Positions 28,333-38,174 of a stretch of 64,000 bases of DNA are shown here, one piece after another. The notes beneath the pieces were generated by a model that was not told the origin of the DNA, ran no database searches, and saw nothing but the letters and a program-made list of their open reading frames with translations. Source of the stretch: Deltaproteobacteria bacterium. Its GTDB lineage: Bacteria; Myxococcota_A; Polyangia; Fen-1088. The first letter of the stretch is position 1. Each line of letters starts with the position of its first letter. Position numbers and translations under genes: made by a program. The stretch covers positions 1 to 64,000 of the forward strand of contig JANRKS010000026.1 of assembly GCA_033763315.1 (NCBI GenBank), read 5' to 3'.

Positions 28333-30993
28333 ATGCACGACGACCCAGAGACGCAGCGCCTGCGCGAGGATGAGCTGCGCGAACGCAACTGGAAACGCTG
28401 GGGGCCTTATCTAGCTGAGCGCCAATGGGGCACGGTTCGTGAAGACTACTCGCATAACGGGGAGAGCTGGCACTCATTCACGCACGACCAAGCGAGAAGC
28501 CGTGCTTACAGGTGGGGCGAAGATGGTCTGCTTGGCTTTTGCGACAGGCAAGGCCGCATGTGCTTCGCCCTGGCCCTGTGGAACGAACACGATCCGATCT
28601 TGAAAGAGCGGCTTTTCGGGCTCACGGGCCCCGAAGGCAACCACGGCGAGGACGTAAAGGAAGCGTACTTTTACCTCGACTCTACGCCCACGCACTCTTA
28701 CGCCGAAGCTCTGTATAAGTATCCTCAGCAGGCTTATCCATACGCCGAGCTGGTGCAAAAGAATGCCGCACGCGGAAGGGCCGAGCCTGAGCTTGAGTTA
28801 AGCGATCTGGGCGCGTTCGACGGCGAGCAATACTTCGATGTGTACGTTCGGTACGCGAAGGCCGCGCCCGAGGATCTGCTCATCGAGATCAAGATCAGGA
28901 ACCCTTCATCGCAGATGGCTCGGCTGCATGTGCTGCCCAGCCTGTGGTTCCGCAACACGTGGTCATGGGGTCGTGGTGGCGAAGGCTATTGGCGGCGCCC
29001 CGTCATCTCACGTCATGAAGCAGGGTTGAAGGCCGAGCATGAAGCGCTCGGCACCTACTTCCTGCACTTGGACACCACGACGTTTGCCGGCAACGTTGAG
29101 TGTTTGTTCACCGAAAACGAAACCAACAACCAGAAGCTGTGGGGCGTGCCTAACGCGCAGCCATACGTCAAAGATGCCTTTCACCGCTATGTTGTGAACG
29201 GCGATGGGTCAGCCATCAATCCGTCCCAAAGAGGCACGAAGGCCGCGTTTCGCTGCGCCGTGGAGGTTACGGCACAGGGGGAATGTGTTCTGCGACTTCG
29301 GTTGCATGCGGCCGCAACGGTATCAACGCTGCAGCCGGCCTTTCCGTTTGGCGATTTCGATGAAATCATGCAACGGCGACGCACCGAAGCGGATCTGTTC
29401 TACGCAAGCCGAATGCACCCTGGCCTCACCCGCGACGAAAACCGCGTGACAAGGCAAGCGTATGCCGGCTTGCTGTGGACGAAGCAGTTCTATTTTTACG
29501 ATGTGCAAGCATGGCTCGATGGCGACCCGGCCCACCCCACGCCGCCTGAGTCGCGCAAGCGGGGCCGCAACGCCGATTGGAAGCACCTTTACAACCGCGA
29601 CATTCTTTCAATGCCGGACAAGTGGGAATACCCGTGGTTTGCCGCTTGGGACTCCGCCTTTCACATGATCCCTTTCGCGCGCATCGATCCGTTCTTTGCC
29701 AAAGAGCAATTGCTGCTGTTTTTGCGCGAGTGGTATATGCATCCCAATGGGCAAATGCCCGCGTATGAATATGGCTTTGACGACGTGAATCCGCCCGTTC
29801 ATGCGTGGGCCTCGTGGCGCATTTACAAACTGGCCGTCGACACTGATGGCCAGCGCGACAGGCACTTTTTGGCGAAAGTGTTCCAAAAGCTGCTGCTAAA
29901 TTTCACGTGGTGGGTGAACCGAAAAGACGCTCACGGGCGCAACCTATTCTCCGGAGGGTTCTTAGGGCTCGATAACATTGGCGTGTTCGACAGATCGAAA
30001 CCCTTGCCCATGGGTGGGCATCTTGAACAGGCGGATGGCACCGCGTGGATGGCCTTTTATGCGGCCACCATGCTGTCTATAGCGCTCGAATTGGCCAGTT
30101 TTGAGCCTGCATACGAGGATATGGCATCGAAGTTTTTCGAGCACTTCGTTGCCATCGCTTCCGCGATCAATCACCTGGGCGGCTCTGGCCTGTGGGATGA
30201 TGAAGACGGTTTCTATTACGACAAGTTGCACGCCGGCGAAGCCACGTTCCCTATGCGCGTGCGTTCAATGGTGGGTCTTTTGCCGCTGATTGCGGTCGAG
30301 ATCCTTGATGAATCGATGTTGGCACGGTTGCCACGCTTTCGCCGACGCATGCAGTGGTTCATCGATAACCGCCCGCTGCTGGGAAAGCTTGTGACAAAAG
30401 CCAACAATGATTCGGGGCTGCTGCTGCTGGCAATTCCAAGCCAAACGCAGTTGGCGAAGATTCTTTCCTACGTGTTGGATGAAACTGAGTTCCTGTCACC
30501 CCACGGCGTGCGTTCACTTTCAAAACATCATGAGCGTGAACCCTATCGTTTCGTGCACGGCCGCGATTCCTTTTCAGTAAAGTACGTGCCCGGCGATTCG
30601 GATACCGGGCTTTTCGGCGGTAACTCAAATTGGCGCGGCCCCGTGTGGTTGCCCGTCAACTATCTGCTGACTGAAGCTTTGGAGCGTTACCACAAATTCT
30701 ACGGCAACGATTTCACCATCGAGTGCCCCACGGGCTCGGGTCAAAGGTTCACGCTGGTGCAAGTCGCAGAGGAGATCGAGCGCCGTGTGGCATCCCTGTT
30801 CCTATTGAACGAGGAAGGCCGTCGGCCATGCCATGGCACCGATGAGCATTTCGCCAACGCCTGGCGCGACCTTGTGTTGTTTCACGAATACTTTCACGCC
30901 GAAGATGGTCGCGGGCTTGGCGCCAGCCACCAAACGGGCTGGACAGCACTCGCCATTCGCTTCATCGAGGACGCAGCGCGCACGCGGAAATAG
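28333..30993 (+). CDS. GH63/MGH1-like glucosidase
   Basis: WGPYLAERQWGTVREDYS, MPDKWEYPWFAAWD, GGNSNWRGP, GLGASHQTGWT. Confidence 0.9.
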   Translation: MHDDPETQRLREDELRERNWKRWGPYLAERQWGTVREDYSHNGESWHSFTHDQARSRAYRWGEDGLLGFCDRQGRMCFALALWNEHDPILKERLFGLTGPEGNHGEDVKEAYFYLDSTPTHSYAEALYKYPQQAYPYAELVQKNAARGRAEPELELSDLGAFDGEQYFDVYVRYAKAAPEDLLIEIKIRNPSSQMARLHVLPSLWFRNTWSWGRGGEGYWRRPVISRHEAGLKAEHEALGTYFLHLDTTTFAGNVECLFTENETNNQKLWGVPNAQPYVKDAFHRYVVNGDGSAINPSQRGTKAAFRCAVEVTAQGECVLRLRLHAAATVSTLQPAFPFGDFDEIMQRRRTEADLFYASRMHPGLTRDENRVTRQAYAGLLWTKQFYFYDVQAWLDGDPAHPTPPESRKRGRNADWKHLYNRDILSMPDKWEYPWFAAWDSAFHMIPFARIDPFFAKEQLLLFLREWYMHPNGQMPAYEYGFDDVNPPVHAWASWRIYKLAVDTDGQRDRHFLAKVFQKLLLNFTWWVNRKDAHGRNLFSGGFLGLDNIGVFDRSKPLPMGGHLEQADGTAWMAFYAATMLSIALELASFEPAYEDMASKFFEHFVAIASAINHLGGSGLWDDEDGFYYDKLHAGEATFPMRVRSMVGLLPLIAVEILDESMLARLPRFRRRMQWFIDNRPLLGKLVTKANNDSGLLLLAIPSQTQLAKILSYVLDETEFLSPHGVRSLSKHHEREPYRFVHGRDSFSVKYVPGDSDTGLFGGNSNWRGPVWLPVNYLLTEALERYHKFYGNDFTIECPTGSGQRFTLVQVAEEIERRVASLFLLNEEGRRPCHGTDEHFANAWRDLVLFHEYFHAEDGRGLGASHQTGWTALAIRFIEDAARTRK

Positions 30994-30996
30994 CCG

Positions 30997-31662
30997 TCAG
31001 TTGACGTATGGACCACACGCGCGTTTGCCGTGACACGTATACATGTTTTCCATCGGGCAGTCGCTCGCCAGCTTGCACGCACACTGTTCGATCCGCACGC
31101 AAGGCCCCCAGCAGCTTTCATGCACCGAAGGAACTTCATTGGCCTTGCAGGTGGGTGGCAAAGACTTGCACAACACCTTTTTGGGATCACAACTGATCTC
31201 GTCACAGGCGCCCTTGGCCAAATACGCTTTGCCCGCGCACGTTGAACTGCCTTCAAATGTTTTACCGTCACAACCGCAATAGGAGACGATGTCAGCGGTA
31301 CATGCGACCTCGGTCACACACTTCCACAAACCACTGCACGATGATCCTTCGCAGCGCCCCAGGCACGTTTGCGTAAGGCAGGCACCTGTCTGTGCCACGC
31401 CCCCGGCCCCGCCCGCGTGACCGCCCGACGCTCCGGCGTTTCCTCCGGCACCGCCGCTTGTGCCACCACCTCCTGGGGTGCCCCCCATCGTCGCCGCGTC
31501 GACGGTTGCCGCCACGCCGCCGTCACTGCTGCGGCTGTCGCCACCACGGCCACCGCTGGGCCCATCCGTGCTGTCACCATCCTCGTTGCTGCAGGCCACA
31601 TACGCCGCGGCACTAATGAAGACCATGAGTAGGAGAGCCTGTGTTCCAGTGCGCCGCTGCAT
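30997..31662 (-). CDS. Cys-rich lipoprotein with Gly-rich linker (Kazal-like CGCDGKTF motif)
   Basis: Lipobox VAC, Gly linker, about 20 Cys. Confidence 0.7.
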   Translation of the reverse strand: MQRRTGTQALLLMVFISAAAYVACSNEDGDSTDGPSGGRGGDSRSSDGGVAATVDAATMGGTPGGGGTSGGAGGNAGASGGHAGGAGGVAQTGACLTQTCLGRCEGSSCSGLWKCVTEVACTADIVSYCGCDGKTFEGSSTCAGKAYLAKGACDEISCDPKKVLCKSLPPTCKANEVPSVHESCWGPCVRIEQCACKLASDCPMENMYTCHGKRACGPYVN

Positions 31663-31812
31663 TTAGATTGATTTTGCGCCCGCCGTCCCGTGTTTGTCAT
31701 CCAGCAAAAGCCACGACGATGGCTGACGCAGGAAAATTGATCGCGTGGGCCGTGCCCACTTAAGCAGCCACGCGGTTTATAACCAGAGGACAAGGACGCT
31801 GACATTCAGTCA

Positions 31813-32904
31813 GTGCGTTCGCCAAAGATCCACGTTCAGCTGGAGAGCACATTGGTTCGTGATTCAAACCGCGGCGCACACCGCCACCGTTGGGGCACAG
31901 CATCTTGGGCGCCTTGTTATTTTGCGATCGCTTTGGGAGCGTTCACCCTTGCCAACTGCGCGACAAGCGGCCGCGACCAAGGGGGCGAAGACGCGAGCGA
32001 AGGAGGCGAGTCCGGACGCGCCACGGGTGGTGGGTCGCCAAGTCAAAGCGGGGGCGCCGCTGGGCTCGGCGGCGCGGCATCGGGCGGCAGGGCCGGAAGC
32101 GCTGGTGCCAACGCAGCGGGCGGCACAGCCGGAAGCGCTGGTGCCAATGCAGCGGGCGGGACAGCCGGAAGCGCCAACGCAGCAGGCGGCACAGGGGGCA
32201 ACGCGGCTGGCGGGGTGCTGTTCTCCGACGGATTCGAAGCTGGCACGGCGGGGCAACAGCCTGCCGGTTGGGACAACTTCATTTCGTATGTTCGCAACAA
32301 CAAGAATCCAAACGGCCAAGTTTCGGCTTTGGTTGACACAACGCGCGCGCACAGCGGTAGCAAATCAATTCGCTTCGCGGGCGGCGCTCAGCCGGCGATG
32401 CTTACACGATCGTTGCCAGCAAACACAAACAAGCTTTATGTACGTGCATTTTTCTGGCTGACGCGGCAGCTTGGCATGAACCCTGGCGCCAACCACGAGA
32501 CTCTGATCGGCATTCGCAAACTTCCCGATGGTGCCAACGACGAAGTTCGGTTTGGTGAGATCAAAGGCGCCATCGGCACCAATGAAGTGCCCAGCGACAA
32601 CATATCGCCAAAGCAAGATCTGTGGGGCAAAGGCCCGGTCATTGCGGCAAATAGCTGGCAGTGCATCGAGGTCGCTTTCTTGGCGAACGAGCCAACACAC
32701 AAACTATTCGCCTGGAACGGCGACACCTTGGTTCACTCGATCACGGCACCAGATCAATGGAACAACGGCGCGCTCAACGCCGCTTGGATGAGTGGAAAGT
32801 TTGTGAATATGATCGTGGGCTGGCACAGCTTCAGCGGGATCAACACAGAGTTGTGGATGGACGACCTGGTGGTTTCCACCGAACGTGTGGGGTGTCCAAA
32901 GTAG
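31813..32904 (+). CDS. Cip1-like beta-sandwich lipoprotein (start may be downstream)
   Basis: LANC lipobox, Gly/Ala linker, FSDGFE, AHSGSKS, LYVR, NHETLIG, WMDDL. Confidence 0.72.
   Translation: MRSPKIHVQLESTLVRDSNRGAHRHRWGTASWAPCYFAIALGAFTLANCATSGRDQGGEDASEGGESGRATGGGSPSQSGGAAGLGGAASGGRAGSAGANAAGGTAGSAGANAAGGTAGSANAAGGTGGNAAGGVLFSDGFEAGTAGQQPAGWDNFISYVRNNKNPNGQVSALVDTTRAHSGSKSIRFAGGAQPAMLTRSLPANTNKLYVRAFFWLTRQLGMNPGANHETLIGIRKLPDGANDEVRFGEIKGAIGTNEVPSDNISPKQDLWGKGPVIAANSWQCIEVAFLANEPTHKLFAWNGDTLVHSITAPDQWNNGALNAAWMSGKFVNMIVGWHSFSGINTELWMDDLVVSTERVGCPK
32092..32193 (+). repeat. 36-bp in-frame tandem repeat (about 2.8 copies) encoding AGSAGANAAGGT
   Basis: Units start at 32092, 32128, 32164; third unit lacks 6 nt. 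Confidence 0.85.
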
Positions 32905-33042
32905 GCCGAAGGCCGCCGGCCCCCGTGAACCTTCCAACTGGGAGACGACGTCCCTCCAAGCAAGGGCCCCGCTACCAAATATATTCGGGCACCGCACCCA
33001 AGGCAGGTCTGTAAGAGAGCACCAAGTCATTGGCTAGGGTGG

Positions 33043-35265
33043 GTGGCTATGCACGCCTTTCGCTACCCCACCGTTCTTCACGTCCTTCTCATCGCCAGTT
33101 GTGCAAAAACCGCGCAGCTGGCCTCACCGCCCGCCGCACAGTTCGCGTCACCAATCCACATAGACCTTGGCGCCAACGAGCCATGGCAAGACGGCGATGT
33201 GCAGTGGTCACGCGACACGCTCGGCACCCACAAACGCATCACCGCCGCAAACAAGCGTCTGTTTGGCACCCGGCGGCCCCACGTCTACAGCACAGCCATT
33301 GCGGATGTGCGCGAGCTGGCGCTGCCTTTGCAAAACGGTGCGTACACCGTGGTGCTGCATTTTGCTGAGCTTGATGAGTCCGTTACGGCCGCAGGTCAAC
33401 GCGTGTTCACCGTGGACGTCGAAGGGCAAAGCCTTGGTAACATCGACTTATGGGACCAAGCGGGTGGCGTGCGCGTACCGCTGGTCAAGAGCGTGCCTGT
33501 GGTTGTGCAAGACGGAGCGCTATCACTCGCATTTACGTGGCAGGGCCAACGAGGCTCACTGCTAAACGCAATGCAAGTGTGGCCAGCCGCAGCGGTGACG
33601 AAAGAAGCGGCACCAGCGGCCATCACACCCCTTGAGTCCTTCGACAACGTGCCTGATCAAGAGGGCCTGCAAAAGCTCATCGCGTGGGACGGCACCAACA
33701 ACCGATCCACCGTAAGCCTGGCGGCGCCGGCCCCACACACAGGCAGCGTTGTACGATGGGATTACACCATCGACACATCAATCGGCTACGGCGATCGCAC
33801 GGCCATCACGATGGACAAGTTCAAAGCCGAGCCCATCGACGTGAGCCAAGCCAGCGTGAACGCGTTTCGGTTCTGGTGGCAACCCGACGGTTCGGGCCGC
33901 CACTTCTCCGTGCAATTGCGCGGCAAAGGTGTGTGGTGGAATTACGATCTTCGCATGAACGACGCCACCGCCCGCTGGGTCACCATTCCCTTCGATGTGT
34001 TCGGCCGCGGCAACATGGCCTTCAGCAGCCGCCCCGGCCCTGTGGTGGGCAACATCACGGGCATCGGATTTTTCATCCAATACATTCCTGGCAGTGAGCT
34101 GGGCAGCGGCAGCGTTTACCTCGACAACCTGCAATTCGTTAAAACGCAAACGCCAAACACGTTGTCCGCGGCGTTGCCCACATACTCACCCGCCTTTCAT
34201 GCGTCGCCGCAAGCATCCGTGTTGGACGATTTCGAATCGTACGAAAGTGACGCTCAGCTGCGTGCCAACTTTGGCAACATCGTTCACGGCCACATGTGCA
34301 CGCTATCGCTTGATGCCAAAACGCTGGGCGCCGGCAAGCACGCGCTCAGGCTCGACTATGGATTCGGCAAACGCGAATACAGCGGCCTCGTGATGATGCC
34401 GCATGTGGATTGGAGCCAGCACAACGCCTTTCGGTTTTGGGTCAAGCCCGACAACTCAAATAACATTTTGCACACCATCATCGTTTCAAATGGCACGTGG
34501 GAACATAAGTTGCCGCTCAACGGCACACAGGCACAATGGGTGGAGCTGCCGTTCAATGAGCTGTTCGGCGACGTGGCCAACATGAAGCACGTGGAAGAGA
34601 TTATGATGCGTGTGCGCAACGAGCGCGGTGGCGCTTCTGAAGGCACGATCTGGCTTGATGAAATCCAAGCCATCCGGTCGGACAAGTACCCCATGACGTT
34701 GAAGCCATTGCCACCGCCACCACGATTTTCCGGTGGCAACCCGATTCGCATCGATAGCGGCGCCGCCACAGATCGCGTGGACACGCAAGGCCGGCCGTGG
34801 CTTGCCGATCAGGGTTTCATTTGGGGGAACCAAACAGGCGACGTCGTGTGCGGCTATGAGTTTTCATACGCCGACACCCAAGATCCGCTGCTCTACTGCA
34901 CCGAGCGCGTGGGTTTTCCCGGCTATCGCTTCGCCGTGGAAAACGGCAATTATCTCGTGCGCCTTCACTTCGTGGAGAATTGGGCGCCCATCACGACCCC
35001 AGGCCAGCGAGTCTTCGGCCTCACCATCAACGACACCGTTTACCCAGACGTTGATCCGTTTGCGCAAGGCGGGGGCTTACACAAAACTTCGGTGCGCGAA
35101 GTGCCTGTCACCGTCAGCAACGGCGAACTTCACATCGGCTTTGCCACCAAGCGCACCCAACCTCGCATCGCTGGGCTGGAGATCTTACCTGTCGCAGCCG
35201 AGGCGCCGAAGCCCAGCGCTAAGGCACGCTCAGCTCGAAGTCGTCAAACCAAGCCCAATCCGTAG
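33043..35265 (+). CDS. Lipoprotein with malectin-like domains flanking two CBM11/CIA30-like domains
   Basis: IASC lipobox; two YxVxLHFxE...GQRVF motifs; two (D/S)FE/FD...FRFW.xPD...WVxIPF...YLD/WLD repeats. Confidence 0.78.
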   Translation: MAMHAFRYPTVLHVLLIASCAKTAQLASPPAAQFASPIHIDLGANEPWQDGDVQWSRDTLGTHKRITAANKRLFGTRRPHVYSTAIADVRELALPLQNGAYTVVLHFAELDESVTAAGQRVFTVDVEGQSLGNIDLWDQAGGVRVPLVKSVPVVVQDGALSLAFTWQGQRGSLLNAMQVWPAAAVTKEAAPAAITPLESFDNVPDQEGLQKLIAWDGTNNRSTVSLAAPAPHTGSVVRWDYTIDTSIGYGDRTAITMDKFKAEPIDVSQASVNAFRFWWQPDGSGRHFSVQLRGKGVWWNYDLRMNDATARWVTIPFDVFGRGNMAFSSRPGPVVGNITGIGFFIQYIPGSELGSGSVYLDNLQFVKTQTPNTLSAALPTYSPAFHASPQASVLDDFESYESDAQLRANFGNIVHGHMCTLSLDAKTLGAGKHALRLDYGFGKREYSGLVMMPHVDWSQHNAFRFWVKPDNSNNILHTIIVSNGTWEHKLPLNGTQAQWVELPFNELFGDVANMKHVEEIMMRVRNERGGASEGTIWLDEIQAIRSDKYPMTLKPLPPPPRFSGGNPIRIDSGAATDRVDTQGRPWLADQGFIWGNQTGDVVCGYEFSYADTQDPLLYCTERVGFPGYRFAVENGNYLVRLHFVENWAPITTPGQRVFGLTINDTVYPDVDPFAQGGGLHKTSVREVPVTVSNGELHIGFATKRTQPRIAGLEILPVAAEAPKPSAKARSARSRQTKPNP

Positions 35266-35917
35266 AGCCCGAATCCGCCTGGCTGAACAGGCCCACGTTC
35301 ACCGGGCCTTCGTTCTTGATCGCGTCCACATCAAAGTGATGCGTCCAGTCCTTGTCACCGGGGAAGCGGTACGACGTAATGAATTTTTCGCCGTCGTACT
35401 GCAGCCTCAGCTCGACTTCGATCTTGCCGACGTGAACATCCTTTTCGCAAATGCCTTTGCAATGGCAAGGCACGCCATCATCCTCGCGCAAGAAGATCAC
35501 GTGCGTGCCCTTGTTGTACCAATACTCAAGGATGTACTTCGCGTAGCGATCTTTGTCGTAAAACACAACGAAGCCTGCTTGCCCGTAAGGTTTATCCACG
35601 TCGAAGCCAACCTTCACCCTCATCTCTAGGCCGCGACGAAACGGAACGGCGGGACGGTACAACACGGGTATTTTCATGTTGATGCCGTAAAAGCCTTTGC
35701 CCGGAAAGCGCTTCATATTGAGGCGCTGCCCTTCGATGTTCCAAGCGGCCGGATCTTCGTCGAGCCACACCCAGCCGGGGCCAAGCTTACCCTCGAAACC
35801 GTCGCGAACGATCTCCTTTGGCTGGGGCCAAGGTGCCACGGGTTTCGTGGCGGGCTGCGGCGCCGTGCAAGCGCCAAGGAGAATCGCGGTGACCCACAAA
35901 CAAGCTTTGGTAAGCAT
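35219..35917 (-). CDS. Lipoprotein, concanavalin-like (GH43_C/DUF1349-like) domain
   Basis: LGAC lipobox; DGFEGKLGPGWVW, QAGF, VGLFS, AWFDDF. Confidence 0.7.
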   Translation of the reverse strand: MLTKACLWVTAILLGACTAPQPATKPVAPWPQPKEIVRDGFEGKLGPGWVWLDEDPAAWNIEGQRLNMKRFPGKGFYGINMKIPVLYRPAVPFRRGLEMRVKVGFDVDKPYGQAGFVVFYDKDRYAKYILEYWYNKGTHVIFLREDDGVPCHCKGICEKDVHVGKIEVELRLQYDGEKFITSYRFPGDKDWTHHFDVDAIKNEGPVNVGLFSQADSGSTDWAWFDDFELSVP

Positions 35918-36072
35918 CGCTGCTGAAGCTAAGGCCCAGGTTACCCAGCGCCCACCTGAAGATCGCTCACAAAGAAGCCCGAAGAAGCTCGGGGCACCCT
36001 TCTAAAGTGGCCCCCACATTCGATGCAAAATTTGCTTGCCTTCCAGGCTCGCCGCCTTTACCTTCACCAACC

Positions 36073-36147
36073 ATGAGCTTTGCACCCTTCCATACGCGAC
36101 CGTTTGTCGCAACCGCCGCCCACAGCGGCGATGGTCGGGTACTCTGA
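36073..36147 (+). CDS. Putative 24-aa leader peptide MSFAPFHTRPFVATAAHSGDGRVL
   Basis: Short ORF whose last codons can pair with the downstream terminator arm. Confidence 0.5.
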   Translation: MSFAPFHTRPFVATAAHSGDGRVL

Positions 36148-36179
36148 GCGTCACCACCACGAAGCTCAGTGTGTGAATC

Positions 36180-36209
36180 AACCCGGCCGAATGTGCCGGG
36201 TTTTTTATT
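36180..36209 (+). terminator. Intrinsic terminator in the 5' leader of the MATE gene (attenuator)
   Basis: AACCCGGC-CGAATGT-GCCGGGTT then TTTTATT, about 30 nt before the ATG. Confidence 0.75.
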
Positions 36210-36241
36210 GCCCTCGCGTTCGGCCACGTTCGAGGAAAGTT

Positions 36242-37687
36242 ATGCAAACGCACGAATCAGAAGCGCAACCGTTGGCCGCAGGGGTAGGCGCCGCCGCCAA
36301 GCCACAGGGCATGTGGTCATTGATGAAAGAAGCCGTCGCGGGCTCACGACGCGATTTCACCACCGAAGATCTGGGCCGCGCCGTCATTTTGTTGGCGGTG
36401 CCCATGGTGCTGGAGATGGTGATGGAATCCATCTTCGCGGTGGTCGATATCTTTTGGGTCTCGAAGCTGGGCCCCGAGGCCGTGGCTTCGGTGGGCCTCA
36501 CCGAATCGTTGTTGAATCTGCTTTACGCTTTGGCGATCGGACTTTCGATGGGCGCCGCAGCGGTGGTGTCGAGGCGCATCGGTGAAAAAGATCCGGAGGG
36601 CGCCGCGCGTGCGGCGTTTCAAGCCATTCTGCTGGGCGGCGGCTTATCCGTTGTGATCGGCGTGGGTGGCGCGGTGGCGGCGCCACAGTTGTTGCAACTC
36701 ATGGGTGCGTCGGCCGAGACCACGCGCGTGGGCGTCAATTACACGCGGGTGATGTTAGGCGGCAGCGCCACCGTTGTGATGCTGTTCTTGATCAACGCCA
36801 TCTTCCGTGGCGCAGGTGATGCGGCCGTGGCAATGCGCACGTTGTGGTTGGCCAACGGCATCAACATCGTGCTCGGCCCCTTCTTAGTGTTCGGCTGGGG
36901 CCCGTTTCCTAAGTGGGGCGTGGCCGGCGCGGCGGTGGCCACCACGATTGGCCGCGGCACGGGCGTGCTTTACCAGCTTTACAAACTCACGCGTCCAACA
37001 TCACGCGTGGCGCTCAAGCGGCGTCACTTAATCTTCGAAGCCGACGTGATGAAAACGATCATACGCATCGCCCGCAGTGGTGTGTTCCAGGTGTTGGTGG
37101 GCAGCGCCAGCTGGATCGCGCTTGTGCGCGTGCTGGCAAACTTTGGCAGCACCGCCGTGGCGGGCTACACAATCGCCATAAGGGTCGTTCTGTTCGCGCT
37201 CTTGCCCTCGTGGGGGATGGCGAATGCGGCCGCCACGTTGGTGGGGCAAAACCTCGGCGCCAAACAGCCCGACCGCGCCGAACAAGCCGTTTGGCGCGCG
37301 GCCATTTACAACCTTTACTTCCTTGGCACAGTGGGGGTGATCTTCTTCATCTTCGCGGGCAACATCGCTGCTTTGTTCGCGCCCGATCCCGAAGTCGTCG
37401 CCTATGCCACAAGGTGTTTGCGGATCGTCAGCGCCGGCTTCTTGTTCTATGCCGTGGGTATGGTGGTCACCCAGGCTTTCAACGGCGCAGGCGACACAAA
37501 AACGCCCACATGGATCAACATCATCTGCTTTTGGCTGTGGGAGATCCCCTTGGCCTACGCGCTGTCGCACTTCACCAAGCTTGGGCCCACGGGTGTGTTT
37601 ACCGCCATCATGACGGCGTTTTCGTTGGTGGCTGTGTTGAGCGTGGTGTTGTTTAAGCGCGGCACATGGAAAGTCATTCGCGTATGA
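36242..37687 (+). CDS. MATE family efflux transporter
   Basis: LAVPM...VDIFWVSKLG, FRGAGD, NAAATLVGQNLGA, FNGAGDT; about 12 TM. Confidence 0.92.
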   Translation: MQTHESEAQPLAAGVGAAAKPQGMWSLMKEAVAGSRRDFTTEDLGRAVILLAVPMVLEMVMESIFAVVDIFWVSKLGPEAVASVGLTESLLNLLYALAIGLSMGAAAVVSRRIGEKDPEGAARAAFQAILLGGGLSVVIGVGGAVAAPQLLQLMGASAETTRVGVNYTRVMLGGSATVVMLFLINAIFRGAGDAAVAMRTLWLANGINIVLGPFLVFGWGPFPKWGVAGAAVATTIGRGTGVLYQLYKLTRPTSRVALKRRHLIFEADVMKTIIRIARSGVFQVLVGSASWIALVRVLANFGSTAVAGYTIAIRVVLFALLPSWGMANAAATLVGQNLGAKQPDRAEQAVWRAAIYNLYFLGTVGVIFFIFAGNIAALFAPDPEVVAYATRCLRIVSAGFLFYAVGMVVTQAFNGAGDTKTPTWINIICFWLWEIPLAYALSHFTKLGPTGVFTAIMTAFSLVAVLSVVLFKRGTWKVIRV

Positions 37688-38102
37688 GCCGCGCGGCGTT
37701 TCTGGTTCGAGGAAGCGTTAAGGCAACTGCCGCGATGAGCAACGCGGTACCCGCAACCGCGGGCTGCAACCCTGATACGAAACCAATGATGAGAACCTGA
37801 GCCACGATCCAACCGATCAAAACGGCTGCCGCGAACAGCGCCCACAGCCGAGCGCTATTCGCGCCAGCAAACACCGCCCACGCCGCTGTCCCGCATACGC
37901 CGCCAACGCCGAAGCACAGGATGAGGCTGGGAATGAAGTAGTTCGTGAAGAAGCTGCCCTGCAGCCAGGCGGTGGGCACACCTTCCGCCCCTGCCATGCC
38001 GTAGATGCCACCACCAACGGCATTGAGGCACACAAAACCGAGGAGCCCGCCCAGCATGAGGCTCGGCCATCGTGATGCAAAAGACGTTTTCGCCTTCGCC
38101 AT
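37674..38102 (-). CDS. Hypothetical four-TM membrane protein
   Basis: Hydrophobic; LQGSFFTNYFIPSLIL, WIVAQV. Confidence 0.7.
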   Translation of the reverse strand: MAKAKTSFASRWPSLMLGGLLGFVCLNAVGGGIYGMAGAEGVPTAWLQGSFFTNYFIPSLILCFGVGGVCGTAAWAVFAGANSARLWALFAAAVLIGWIVAQVLIIGFVSGLQPAVAGTALLIAAVALTLPRTRNAARLIRE

Positions 38103-38174
38103 TTGATCGCCTTTTACCACATGGTCGACCTTTCCCCGAGGACAGGCCGCTGCGAGCAGCGCAAGGACATGTTC

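Noticed and set aside
32092-32193. 36-bp repeats as a possible CRISPR array
   Set aside because: Head-to-tail with no spacers, in frame inside a Gly-rich linker, and no cas genes
36080-36241. N-terminal extension of the MATE ORF (MHPSIR…HHH…)
   Set aside because: ATG at 36242 has a GAGGA RBS; the upstream region is better explained as an attenuator
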